From positions 514,134-578,133 of the forward strand of contig PAUF01000007.1 in assembly GCA_002712715.1 (NCBI GenBank): a stretch of 64,000 nt of DNA, given 5' to 3'. The position numbers were made by a program, and so were the translations under genes. Below, piece by piece: positions 29,591 through 39,325 of the stretch; position 1 is the first letter of the stretch; every line of letters starts with the position of its first letter. The stretch is from Flavobacteriales bacterium. GTDB lineage: Bacteria; Bacteroidota; Bacteroidia; Flavobacteriales; BACL11. The notes under the pieces were generated by a model. That model did not search any database and had not been told where the DNA came from. It saw only the letters and a program-made list of their open reading frames with translations.

Positions 29591-30097
29591 TTATTTTATA
29601 TAAGTAAATAAATTACTCCAGTTTTTTAATGTGAAATTTTCAGATAATTTAATAGATTTAATACCCATAGAGAGTCCCGCTTCAATATCCGAATCTGAAT
29701 CTCCTAATAAATAAGATTTTTTAAAATCAATGTCGGGAAATTCTTGAGCAGCTTGAATTATCATTCCAGGTTTTGGCTTTCTACAATTACATTCGAAATT
29801 TTCTAGATGAGGACAAAAATATATTTTATCAATTTTAACATTATATTTACTCAACTCATCTAACATTTGAGAATGTAAATTTAACAAATCGTTTTCTGTC
29901 ATTAATCCTTTTCCTATACCTTGCTGATTAGTAATGATTATAATTCTTTGAAATTTTTTACTTAAAATTCTCAGAGAGTCAAAAACTCCATCTATAAAAT
30001 TAAACTCTTCATAACTACTAATATAACCTGAAATCTTCTTGTTAATTACTCCGTCTCTATCCAGAAATAGAGTGGAAAACTCAACTTCATGACTCAT
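29591..30097 (-). CDS. gmhB: D-glycero-D-manno-heptose 1,7-bisphosphate phosphatase (HAD)
   Basis: It has the blocks FLDRDGVIN and CxCRKPKPGM. I place the start at ATG 30097 (MSHEV), 1 nt after the gmhA stop. The ORF-track extension to 30142 overlaps gmhA. Confidence 0.8.
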   Translation of the reverse strand: MSHEVEFSTLFLDRDGVINKKISGYISSYEEFNFIDGVFDSLRILSKKFQRIIIITNQQGIGKGLMTENDLLNLHSQMLDELSKYNVKIDKIYFCPHLENFECNCRKPKPGMIIQAAQEFPDIDFKKSYLLGDSDSDIEAGLSMGIKSIKLSENFTLKNWSNLFTYIK

Positions 30098-30098
30098 A

Positions 30099-30671
30099 TT
30101 AAAATAATTTTTTTTCAATAATTTCACATAAAATGTGACCAAATAAAATATGTGACTCCTGAACTCTAGCGGTATTATTTGATGGGGATTTTACTGATAT
30201 ATTACACAAATCACTTAACTTGCTCTTGTCTTTTCCTGTAAAACAAACACTCACAATCCCTAACTTATTTGCCTCAATAACAGCATTTACAATATTCTCT
30301 GAATTTCCTGAAGTTGATATCGCAATCAAAACATCACCTTTCATGCCCATAGCCTTCAACATGCGAGAGTAAACATTTTCGTATCCATAGTCATTAGCAA
30401 CTGCTGTAACATATGAGGAGTTTACATGTAATGCTTCTGCAAATAGTGGTTCTCTATCCATATTAAACCTGCCACTTAACTCCGCAGCGATATGCTGAGC
30501 ATCAGCAGCGCTGCCTCCATTTCCGCATAAGAGCAGCTTATTTCCCCTTTTATATGCATCTATAACACTTTCTACAGATAATTGAAGATTATCTAATATG
30601 TTTTTATCTTCTAATATTAGTGATTTTACACTAATTGAATCATTAATTAATTTTACAATTTGCTCATTCAT
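30099..30671 (-). CDS. gmhA: Phosphoheptose isomerase (SIS domain)
   Basis: It has the blocks CGNGGSAADAQHIAAEL and ISTSGNS and is 190 aa long. Confidence 0.88.
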   Translation of the reverse strand: MNEQIVKLINDSISVKSLILEDKNILDNLQLSVESVIDAYKRGNKLLLCGNGGSAADAQHIAAELSGRFNMDREPLFAEALHVNSSYVTAVANDYGYENVYSRMLKAMGMKGDVLIAISTSGNSENIVNAVIEANKLGIVSVCFTGKDKSKLSDLCNISVKSPSNNTARVQESHILFGHILCEIIEKKLF

Positions 30672-30713
30672 ATTAAATGATATTCAAGTTACATTGCTAA
30701 TATATACATATTA

Positions 30714-31856
30714 TCACAATAAGTTTTTGTATACTTCAGATGTTTTGTGCCCTATAATTTTCCAATCATAATGATTGATAATAAATTCTCTTCCTTTATC
30801 ATTAATCCTAATTAAATCCTCAAAATTCTGGAAAATATGATCTATTTTAGAAGATAAAGAAGAAGGAGATCCATTTTTAAATACATAACCTGTGTCATTG
30901 TCAATAATAACCTCAATTAAGGGTTCTAAATCTGAAACCAATACTGGCTTATTATAACTCATGCTCATCAACAAAACTCCACTTTGATAAATACGAGTAT
31001 ATGGTAAAACTACCAAATCAGCTGCCGAATAATAAAACTTAACATCCTCATGGGAAATGAAATAATTATGAATAATACAATAATCTGATAATTTATTATC
31101 ATTAATTATTTTTTGATAATAAGAAAAATCATCTTTCCAAGCTCTGCCAGCAATGACTAACACAAGATCTTGATTATTCTTAACTACTTCTTTCAATGAT
31201 TTCAACAAAACATCCAAACCTTTATTTTTTTTGATCATTCCAAAAAACAACAACACTTTTTTACTTTCATCAATTCCTATTTTTTTTCTCGAATCGGACT
31301 TATCTACATTTAATTTTACAAAGGGAATATAATTGCCGTGAGGAACTATTTCAACATCGGTTAAATAATAATTTTCTAATAATATTTTTCTAGAAAAACT
31401 ATTATGAGTCAACAACTTATCAGCTCTTTTAAACAACCATTTATTTAATTTTTTATTTGACATTTTATCATCAAAACTAATTACATCATGTATTGTATAA
31501 ACTAATTTCATTGACAAAATTTTCACTAAGAGAAAATCAACTATATTTAATAAATTTGGATGAAAAATATGAAAATGACAAATTTTAGATCCTGAAATCT
31601 TAGCATGAAAAATAGATCTAACTGAACCTATTATATATCTAAAAGCTCTCAATATACGATTATCATTAGAGTAAATTTTATTATAAAATTGATGAAAATT
31701 CAAACCCTTAATTTCTGGATTAGAAGTTATTTCATTAGTATATAAATTTACTTCTACACCAGCATTAATCAAACCGCTTGATTGACCGAACAAGTAATAA
31801 TGATGCGAACTTCCATGAGCACCTAAAGGGTCTATTATTGATACTTTTTGTCTCAT
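30714..31856 (-). CDS. Glycosyltransferase, GT4/GT-B fold
   Basis: At 380 aa, it has a C-terminal GT-B donor-binding region (…SGVLLMSMSYNKPVLVSDLEPLIEVI…). Confidence 0.7.
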   Translation of the reverse strand: MRQKVSIIDPLGAHGSSHHYYLFGQSSGLINAGVEVNLYTNEITSNPEIKGLNFHQFYNKIYSNDNRILRAFRYIIGSVRSIFHAKISGSKICHFHIFHPNLLNIVDFLLVKILSMKLVYTIHDVISFDDKMSNKKLNKWLFKRADKLLTHNSFSRKILLENYYLTDVEIVPHGNYIPFVKLNVDKSDSRKKIGIDESKKVLLFFGMIKKNKGLDVLLKSLKEVVKNNQDLVLVIAGRAWKDDFSYYQKIINDNKLSDYCIIHNYFISHEDVKFYYSAADLVVLPYTRIYQSGVLLMSMSYNKPVLVSDLEPLIEVIIDNDTGYVFKNGSPSSLSSKIDHIFQNFEDLIRINDKGREFIINHYDWKIIGHKTSEVYKNLL

Positions 31857-31857
31857 A

Positions 31858-32766
31858 TTATAATTTTAATCCTTCAAAAAAGGATTTATTAATTAATTTC
31901 CAAGTACTGAAGTTTTTCTGAATATCAATTCTGATAAAAAACTTTAAATTATTCTTAAAAAATAAATAACTAATATATAGGTAAGAGTAAAAAGTACCTA
32001 CTTTTTTTAAAAAATATACATGATTTCGAGTATTCTGTTTAATAAAAAAATCTCCCCTAAAATTTTTATTATTTATGGATTTAAATGATTTAGTAAGTCC
32101 TCCTACTTTATGAAAAAACAACACGTCTGAGAAATAAAAAAGCTTATGTTTTTTATGCTTATAAACTCTATATAAAAAATCAGTATCGTCAAAATAAACA
32201 AAATACTTTTCATCCATATAACCAATATCATGAAAAACAGTATCCTTAATTAACAAACAGCATGTAGGCGCATACTGAGTTTGAAAAATACCATCATACA
32301 ATTGACTATCAGGCTTGCGATTTCCAAAATGGATAGGCAATAATCCTTTAGATTTCACAAAATTACTTCCTGCATACCAAATAATCGAATTATCATCATG
32401 ATATAATATTTTTGGGGCTACCATTGAACAATTATTATTATATTGAATCTCAACCATTTTTTTTATTAAATCATGCTCACATTTAATATCATTGTTAAGT
32501 AATAAAACATTACTACAGTAATCCTCAAGCGCTGCTTTTATTCCTATATTATTTGCTTTAGCTACTCCATAATTAATATTATTACATATTAATTTTACAC
32601 GATTATCTTTCTTTTTTTTTATTAGGCCAATAGTGTTATCTTGAGAGTTATTATCAATAATGTATATATTAAAATTATCATATGACTGATTCAAGATTGA
32701 GTCAAAAAAATCTTCTAAAAATTTCTCAGAATTATATGTAACAGTTACAATACCTATTTTTTCCAC
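31858..32766 (-). CDS. Glycosyltransferase family 2
   Basis: It has the blocks IGIVTVTYNSEKFL and IIDNNSQDNT and a GT-A fold. Confidence 0.8.
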   Translation of the reverse strand: MEKIGIVTVTYNSEKFLEDFFDSILNQSYDNFNIYIIDNNSQDNTIGLIKKKKDNRVKLICNNINYGVAKANNIGIKAALEDYCSNVLLLNNDIKCEHDLIKKMVEIQYNNNCSMVAPKILYHDDNSIIWYAGSNFVKSKGLLPIHFGNRKPDSQLYDGIFQTQYAPTCCLLIKDTVFHDIGYMDEKYFVYFDDTDFLYRVYKHKKHKLFYFSDVLFFHKVGGLTKSFKSINNKNFRGDFFIKQNTRNHVYFLKKVGTFYSYLYISYLFFKNNLKFFIRIDIQKNFSTWKLINKSFFEGLKL

Positions 32767-33611
32767 AGTATTAGATTCTTATTCATAGCTTTCTCAAGCT
32801 TTTCTATATCATTAATATAATACTTAATTATCTTTTTTCTTAACTTATTACACAATATAGGCTTTTTAGAATCTGAAAAAAGATTTTTTTTCACAATGCT
32901 TGTAAATTTTACTGGAAGAATATTTTTCAACAACCTTCTCAAGAAAATCATTGAATATACTTTTCTGATAATTTTATTTTTGGGCAGACTAAAAGCATTG
33001 TGTTTTGTTTGAAGAATTGTATTTTTTTTAATATTAACAGACAAAAATTTATACGTTTTTTGTAATTCTTTTGTTCCAAATTCTACAAAATCTTCATACC
33101 AAATAATCTGAATTCTATCTTTATCAAAATTACTTAAGTATCTCATAACTTGCTCATAATAATTACCTATTTCAAAATACTGTTGAAAAAACAAGCTATC
33201 ACTTTTATTAAATATAGATTCAAAATCTTGATCTACCAAACCTAATTTATAATCCATTAAATAATGAGAAAAAGCTCTATCTACTGGGTTTCTTAGCATA
33301 ATTATAATCTTAGCATTTGTATTATATTGCTTGATTTTTTTTGCTACTAAAGGGTAAAACAAATAAGAAACAGAAGCCTCTCCTCTAATTTGACAATTTG
33401 AATCATCAAACAAATCATGATAATCCTCGATGTTTTCTATGGGATTTTTTCCATAATATAGAGGGTTTTTTAACAATTCATCTTTTGTGAAAAAATCAGG
33501 TTCTTTTATAGCGCTCATGCAAATTACTGAATGTTGTTTTAAATATTCATATAGAGAAGTTGTACCTGCCTTAGGAGCTCCAACAATAAAAAAATCAACT
33601 ATTTTCCGCAT
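32754..33611 (-). CDS. PAPS-dependent sulfotransferase (Sulfotransfer_1-like), copy 1
   Basis: It has the 5'-PSB loop VGAPKAGTTS and the 3'-PB block LRNPVDRAFSHY. Its start overlaps the 3' end of the upstream GH-A-like gene... no: its 3' end overlaps the start of the downstream GT2 gene by 13 nt. Confidence 0.8.
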   Translation of the reverse strand: MRKIVDFFIVGAPKAGTTSLYEYLKQHSVICMSAIKEPDFFTKDELLKNPLYYGKNPIENIEDYHDLFDDSNCQIRGEASVSYLFYPLVAKKIKQYNTNAKIIIMLRNPVDRAFSHYLMDYKLGLVDQDFESIFNKSDSLFFQQYFEIGNYYEQVMRYLSNFDKDRIQIIWYEDFVEFGTKELQKTYKFLSVNIKKNTILQTKHNAFSLPKNKIIRKVYSMIFLRRLLKNILPVKFTSIVKKNLFSDSKKPILCNKLRKKIIKYYINDIEKLEKAMNKNLILWKK

Positions 33612-33627
33612 ACAATATGTATTATAA

Positions 33628-35109
33628 TCAATATAAAAATAAAGAAATACTATGAGGTTTCAATAAAAAAGAATGATTTTGATCGAACTGATTAAATTCA
33701 AACAATTGTTGATATACCAATGTCTCTCTTGGATTAATATAGTAAGAATCACTATTGGTATCAAAAAGATTATTAGAAAAATAAGCGCAAACAAGAGTTT
33801 CTCGATTATTATTTTCGGGTATATTAAACTTTGGATCTAGAGAGTCCAAAGAATCTGAGATATCAATTTCCATATTTGACCAGTTAATAATAAATACTAA
33901 TCTTAAACTATTTTCACTATCAAAACAATAGTATGCAAAAACATCAGAATTTATTTTAACTTTTTCAATTTCATATATTTTGTTAAGAAAAATTTCATTT
34001 AATAAAGTGAATGGGATAAATGTAGAGTGGATATTAAATGTATCCATATTGTTCTTAAATATTGAGCCTGAAATATCTCTTCCAGCTAAATTATGATAGC
34101 TAGCGATAGTAATATTTTTCAATTCAGAAGATGAAAATAGTTCCATCATAAAGTGAGAAACAAAAAGAGATTGCAGCATTGTGTTTCCTGTTGTTTTTGA
34201 CATTTGCAAATTCCATTCAGTTAACCAAATTTCAACATCACCAAAAATCTCAATATATTCATTGATTTTTGACTTAAATCCTATATCTAATTCATGCAGA
34301 ATGATCTCCTTGTATAAAGAGAATTTTTTTTCAATAGGGATTTCAACGCTTTCTTCAAAAATCATTTGACCTGCTTCCGCTACTCCGCTAATAACCTTTG
34401 TATAAGAGTGATGAATAATAGCGTCAAAAAAATCATATTTCGCCAATTCCGAATTCCAATTCTTAATTCTGCTTGGCATATTTTTTTTAATTGGTGCCGC
34501 CACAACAGCAATTTTAAGTTCCGGATGATTTAATCTTATTTTTGAAGCAAATTTTTTAGATAAAATAAGATAGTCATCTATGTCTTTAATTTTTTTTGAA
34601 AAAGCTCTATTTGACAATTCACAACCTAACTCTACTCCAACTATCTCAATTTTTTCTGATTTTAATCGATCTATCATAGTCAATATCTCATCAGTATCTG
34701 CAGTAATAATATTAGCAACAACTAAAGCTTTAGCATTAACTTCTTTAATCAATCTTATATAATCATTAATATAGTTATGATTGTGTCCTTTTCTATTCTG
34801 ATCTTTTATCAATCCCCTAACACGTTTAGGCATTTTCTGAGAATGCCATTTATCTACTTCACTGATTTTAAATCCATAAGCAGGGCCGCTTACATGATAA
34901 AAGTTAGATATATTACCTCCAGGGAATCTCAAAATATTTGGAGATATAAAATTAATTTTATCTAAAAATTCCTTATCATTTACATCAAAATAAGTAAATG
35001 TATTAGATGTATTAAAACCAAATAAGTTTTTATTAATAGATGCTGATTGAGGAAAAACAAATAAAGTACAAAAAAATATGAGAATACAACAAAAAATTCT
35101 TTTCATCAT
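33628..35109 (-). CDS. Secreted (beta/alpha)8 clan GH-A-like glycoside hydrolase
   Basis: It has a signal peptide and the blocks ILRFPGGN, VGVELGCE (where the acid/base NE is expected) and IWLTEWN (nucleophile position). Confidence 0.5.
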   Translation of the reverse strand: MMKRIFCCILIFFCTLFVFPQSASINKNLFGFNTSNTFTYFDVNDKEFLDKINFISPNILRFPGGNISNFYHVSGPAYGFKISEVDKWHSQKMPKRVRGLIKDQNRKGHNHNYINDYIRLIKEVNAKALVVANIITADTDEILTMIDRLKSEKIEIVGVELGCELSNRAFSKKIKDIDDYLILSKKFASKIRLNHPELKIAVVAAPIKKNMPSRIKNWNSELAKYDFFDAIIHHSYTKVISGVAEAGQMIFEESVEIPIEKKFSLYKEIILHELDIGFKSKINEYIEIFGDVEIWLTEWNLQMSKTTGNTMLQSLFVSHFMMELFSSSELKNITIASYHNLAGRDISGSIFKNNMDTFNIHSTFIPFTLLNEIFLNKIYEIEKVKINSDVFAYYCFDSENSLRLVFIINWSNMEIDISDSLDSLDPKFNIPENNNRETLVCAYFSNNLFDTNSDSYYINPRETLVYQQLFEFNQFDQNHSFLLKPHSISLFLY

Positions 35110-36233
35110 TTTATCATACCTTTATTTTTTAATTCAATTACTGATTCCTTATATCTATCCATCATAACATCCTGACATTCAACCCATTTTACAAAATTTT
35201 TAATCCCAGAATCAAAGTCCGTTTTAGATTCAAAACCTAAATACGCCTTTGATTTTTTTACATCCGCAAAATTATGTCTAATATCACCGACTCTATATCT
35301 ACCCGAAATATTAATTTCAATGCTTGAATTATATAAATCCCTCAATTTTCTTGCTACATCAATAACCTTAATTCCTTTACCACTACCAACATTAAAAATA
35401 TCTTGTTGAATATCAGATGATTTAATAGATGAAAAAATAGATTCTATCACATCATCTATATAAATAAAATCTCTAGTTTGATTTCCGTCTTCATAAATTT
35501 CTATATTATTAGAATTTAAAATATTTGTGGAAAATACTGACAAAATTCCAGTATAAGGGTTAGATAAAGATTGTCCAGGACCATATACATTTTGAAACCT
35601 TAGAGAAATTGCAGAAATATCTAATGATTTACCTAAAAGAAGCACCATCTGTTCTTGTTGATATTTATTCATCCCGTAAATTGAATTAGGATTTATTTTA
35701 GATAATTCATCAGTATTAATAGCTTCCATATTCAAATTTGAACTTGGACATTTAACTTCAAAGTCATGGTTTTTCAAATTAATTTCTGATCTACTAAGTG
35801 GATATTGAAACCCTAATTTTTGAGAATAATACTTGCCTTCACCATATACAGCTCGAGATGAAGCTATAATTAATTTCTGTATATTATGACTTGTATTTAA
35901 TATAGACTCTAATAGAGTAGAAGTCCCCATTATATTGACATCATTATAATGATTAATTTTATACATTGATTGTCCAGTACCTGTTTCAGCTGCTAAATGA
36001 ATAATAATATCTTGATTTTTTATGGATTGAGAGCATTTTTCTGCATCTCTCACGTCACCAATAATTAATTTACTTATCTCTTGCAATTCACGAATTGTCT
36101 GCTTTGGATTTTCACCATGAATTTGGGTTGAAAGATTATCTAATATAGTAATATTATATCCATTACAATATAAGAACTTCGTTAATGCTTTCCCTATAAA
36201 TCCAGCTCCTCCTGTAATTAAAATATTTTTCAT
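35106..36233 (-). CDS. NAD-dependent sugar-nucleotide epimerase/dehydratase/reductase
   Basis: It has the Rossmann motif ILITGGAGFIGKAL and the YxxxK motif YGMNKYQQE. It is 375 aa long. Confidence 0.75.
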   Translation of the reverse strand: MKNILITGGAGFIGKALTKFLYCNGYNITILDNLSTQIHGENPKQTIRELQEISKLIIGDVRDAEKCSQSIKNQDIIIHLAAETGTGQSMYKINHYNDVNIMGTSTLLESILNTSHNIQKLIIASSRAVYGEGKYYSQKLGFQYPLSRSEINLKNHDFEVKCPSSNLNMEAINTDELSKINPNSIYGMNKYQQEQMVLLLGKSLDISAISLRFQNVYGPGQSLSNPYTGILSVFSTNILNSNNIEIYEDGNQTRDFIYIDDVIESIFSSIKSSDIQQDIFNVGSGKGIKVIDVARKLRDLYNSSIEINISGRYRVGDIRHNFADVKKSKAYLGFESKTDFDSGIKNFVKWVECQDVMMDRYKESVIELKNKGMIK

Positions 36234-36237
36234 ATGA

Positions 36238-37551
36238 TTATTTTGTAAATCTACTAAAAAAGGAAATCATTCCTGAAATAATGAATATTAGAAAAAATGG
36301 TCTAAATAATACTGGCTCAAAAAAAACTGAAATTATTATAATGAAGAGAAATAATTTTTTTCTTTCTGTAAATAAAGTTTGATTTAATAAAAAATAAAAG
36401 AAAATAAAAAATACAGGGAAACCCATAGTAGCCATCATTCCAGTAAGAGAATTAGTACTTCCTTTATCTGAAAATTCTGGCTTAAGTTTAAAACTTGTTA
36501 TATTCTCTACAAATTCAAGAGCATTTCTGCAGCTTCCTTTCATTGTATAACCCTTTCGAAATTCTCTAAATGCAACTAAATCTAAACCAACTCCGGAAAG
36601 TGGGTAGTCAGATGCAATACATGGACATTGTATTAAATCAAACATTCTTTTCTGAAATGAACTTTCTTCATTACCTACCGCTTTATTAAGGACATTAGGA
36701 ATAATAATATTTTTTCCTATATAATAAGCCGAAACAATTAGAGATGCTGATATTAAAATTACAATTAAAGGGTTTCTACGAACAATATTTTGATAAATAG
36801 AATCCATGTAGAGCGATAGAATTAATACTACCATTATAATGAAACCAGATGTTGAAAAAGTGGTAAATATTGAGAAAATAATCAAAAGTATTATCCATTT
36901 TTTTTTCTGTTTAAACACAAAACCTTCAAGAAAAAGTAAAATATTCAAATATATTTGATTTATACCTGGTTCCCAAAACCATCCTTGGTTCCTCACCAAA
37001 TCTATACCAAAAAATGTATACTCATGTTTAAGATCATAAAAAAACAAATAATTAAAATGCTGGACAGTATGAGAAGGAATAATCCATTTAGGTAAATTAG
37101 ATAAATATGAATTTCCAACAACGATTCCCAAAATGAAAGTTATTAAAGAAATAATTAAAATTATTCTCAAAACAGTTCTCAAATATACAAGGAACTTATC
37201 TATACCTATATTATTAAATATATGGATGCAAATTAAAACACACGTCATAATATTTAACAAGTAGAAACCATATTTTATCGCTTCCTGCGGTAAAGGACCT
37301 GCAAGTAAATAATTATATAAAATAATTATATAGGTAAAAATTAAAGTAACTATCGAAGCGCTAAATACAACTCTCTTCAAAGGTTTTTTATATAATAACA
37401 ATGTTAATAATGATACAGCACATAATAATAAATAAGCTGGTTTCTTAAAATAAACGAAAAATATACCTCCTCCACTCAAAGTTAATAGCAAGAATAAAAA
37501 TATATTTAATTTGTTATATATCGAACTCAGTCTCATATTTTTTGATGCCAA
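36238..37551 (-). CDS. wzy: Polytopic membrane protein, O-antigen/repeat-unit polymerase (Wzy)-like
   Basis: It has 10 or more hydrophobic segments and a large loop, and sits between sulfotransferase and epimerase genes in a Wzx locus. Confidence 0.55.
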   Translation of the reverse strand: MASKNMRLSSIYNKLNIFLFLLLTLSGGGIFFVYFKKPAYLLLCAVSLLTLLLYKKPLKRVVFSASIVTLIFTYIIILYNYLLAGPLPQEAIKYGFYLLNIMTCVLICIHIFNNIGIDKFLVYLRTVLRIILIISLITFILGIVVGNSYLSNLPKWIIPSHTVQHFNYLFFYDLKHEYTFFGIDLVRNQGWFWEPGINQIYLNILLFLEGFVFKQKKKWIILLIIFSIFTTFSTSGFIIMVVLILSLYMDSIYQNIVRRNPLIVILISASLIVSAYYIGKNIIIPNVLNKAVGNEESSFQKRMFDLIQCPCIASDYPLSGVGLDLVAFREFRKGYTMKGSCRNALEFVENITSFKLKPEFSDKGSTNSLTGMMATMGFPVFFIFFYFLLNQTLFTERKKLFLFIIIISVFFEPVLFRPFFLIFIISGMISFFSRFTK

Positions 37552-38435
37552 TCAAATTGTTTTTTTACCAACTTTTCAAATTTAAATATATCGTTTTTAA
37601 AATATTTCATATACATTGATTTTTTTATTTTTTCAGGCAATTCATCATAAATAAATGGTTTCGTATTAAGTGATTGAATTCTATTTCTAATAATCTGTCG
37701 ATATTTTAATGATGGGATTAGCGTTTTAACAACGTTATTCCACCATCCTTTTTTATTTAATACTTTTTTAAGAAACTTCATTCTAGATTTACTAGAAGGA
37801 TTACTTAAGTGATCTAAATTAAAATCAAAAGATTCTAAACCCATAAATAATATTAAATTATCTATTGTTTCCTTTCTGTTATTAATAAAATCAGCTTCAA
37901 AATCTATAATGAAAAAATTTTCCAAAGAAAAGTACTCTAAATATCTCTCCATCATCAATCCATATAGACTCTGGTTATAATATGAATGACGAAGCGATGA
38001 TATATTATTATTGTTAATACTATATTGATATAATCTTGTATCCTCCTCAGCAATAGCCTGTAAGAAGGTTAATGGTTCTTCTTCATCTCTTTTGGAATGC
38101 AAATAATGTGAATAAGCGCGATCTATAGGATCTCTCAATATTAAAACAAACTTCATATCTCCGCCAAAAGCATTGAAAATTCTTCTTGGCGCTTTACTAC
38201 AAAAAAAATACGACGGAGTATAATCAACACTTATTTTTTGATTAACATCTTTATAATATGTAGACTCATACCAGGATAAACCCTTTTCATAATTTTCATC
38301 AATATCAAAAAAATGTGGTTCTTTAAAAGAGGGAGAATAAATATTTGGATGCTGCCTTAAAATATTAAACAGACTAGTAGTACCACTTTTAGCGGCTCCA
38401 ACACACATTATATTTGGACAATTTAACTTAACCAA
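37533..38435 (-). CDS. PAPS-dependent sulfotransferase, copy 2
   Basis: It has the blocks VGAAKSGTTS, KEPHFF and LRDPIDRAYSHY. Confidence 0.8.
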   Translation of the reverse strand: MVKLNCPNIMCVGAAKSGTTSLFNILRQHPNIYSPSFKEPHFFDIDENYEKGLSWYESTYYKDVNQKISVDYTPSYFFCSKAPRRIFNAFGGDMKFVLILRDPIDRAYSHYLHSKRDEEEPLTFLQAIAEEDTRLYQYSINNNNISSLRHSYYNQSLYGLMMERYLEYFSLENFFIIDFEADFINNRKETIDNLILFMGLESFDFNLDHLSNPSSKSRMKFLKKVLNKKGWWNNVVKTLIPSLKYRQIIRNRIQSLNTKPFIYDELPEKIKKSMYMKYFKNDIFKFEKLVKKQFDWHQKI

Positions 38436-39325
38436 TGTTGTAAATCTTTTTTCAAAAATTTTGAAAGTTTTAAAATATCTTTTTCATAATAATCTTTCAA
38501 AACTTTTCTTTCTATATATGACATTTCAGATGTTTTAAAACTGTATGAATCAACTAATCTATTACGTATCAATTTTCTTAATTTTTTAAAGGGAATAACA
38601 AATTTGAAGAATTGTTTTAACTTATTTTTACTAACTAATAAATTTTTAACATAATTATTTGTCCAATTCCACCCACCAACCATATATTTATTTTCTTGAT
38701 CTACTAATATAGAAGAAATTCCTAAAAAACAAAAAATGGAATCCATCTCATTCTGAGAATTATGTTTAAAATCTTCAAAAAAAACTATCTTAACATTATC
38801 AAATTCTTCTCTATATTTCTTTACCTGTTCATAATACATCCCCAAAGTTTTATACCTACTTGCAGGAGTCATTAAATTATCTTGTAAATACCTTTCCTCG
38901 CATACATTCCAAGCGCTCAAAAAATTTTCATTGGTTTCTTTAACATTATACCTTCTTACATGATGATATCCAGAATAAGCTCTATCAATTGGGTTTCTCA
39001 ATGCTATAATTATTTTGACATCATCTCCAAAATGATATTTTATTTTGGGAATCACTATTTCAGGATACATTAAATACATTACTGATGATTCTCCTCTATA
39101 AGTTAATGACTTTCCTTTATAAAACAAATCATAATATTCTTCTGAATTAATAACTCCTGAAGGTATTCGATTTACTCCTATCTCTTTATTAATTAAAAAA
39201 TGTGGTTCCTTTGGGGTGCACATATGAATTTCAGGGTGTTGATTTAAATAATTATGAATAGAAGTAGTTCCACTTTTTGCAGCGCCTACTATAAATAAAT
39301 TGGGACTAACTAATTCTCTATCCAT
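38423..39325 (-). CDS. PAPS-dependent sulfotransferase, copy 3
   Basis: It has the blocks VGAAKSGTTS, KEPHFL and LRNPIDRAYSGY. Confidence 0.8.
   Translation of the reverse strand: MDRELVSPNLFIVGAAKSGTTSIHNYLNQHPEIHMCTPKEPHFLINKEIGVNRIPSGVINSEEYYDLFYKGKSLTYRGESSVMYLMYPEIVIPKIKYHFGDDVKIIIALRNPIDRAYSGYHHVRRYNVKETNENFLSAWNVCEERYLQDNLMTPASRYKTLGMYYEQVKKYREEFDNVKIVFFEDFKHNSQNEMDSIFCFLGISSILVDQENKYMVGGWNWTNNYVKNLLVSKNKLKQFFKFVIPFKKLRKLIRNRLVDSYSFKTSEMSYIERKVLKDYYEKDILKLSKFLKKDLQHWLS

Noticed and set aside
30098-30142. A 15-codon N-terminal extension of gmhB that overlaps gmhA
   Set aside because: ATG 30097 (MSHEVEF..FLDRDG) gives the normal spacing before the HAD DxD motif and starts 1 nt after the gmhA stop.
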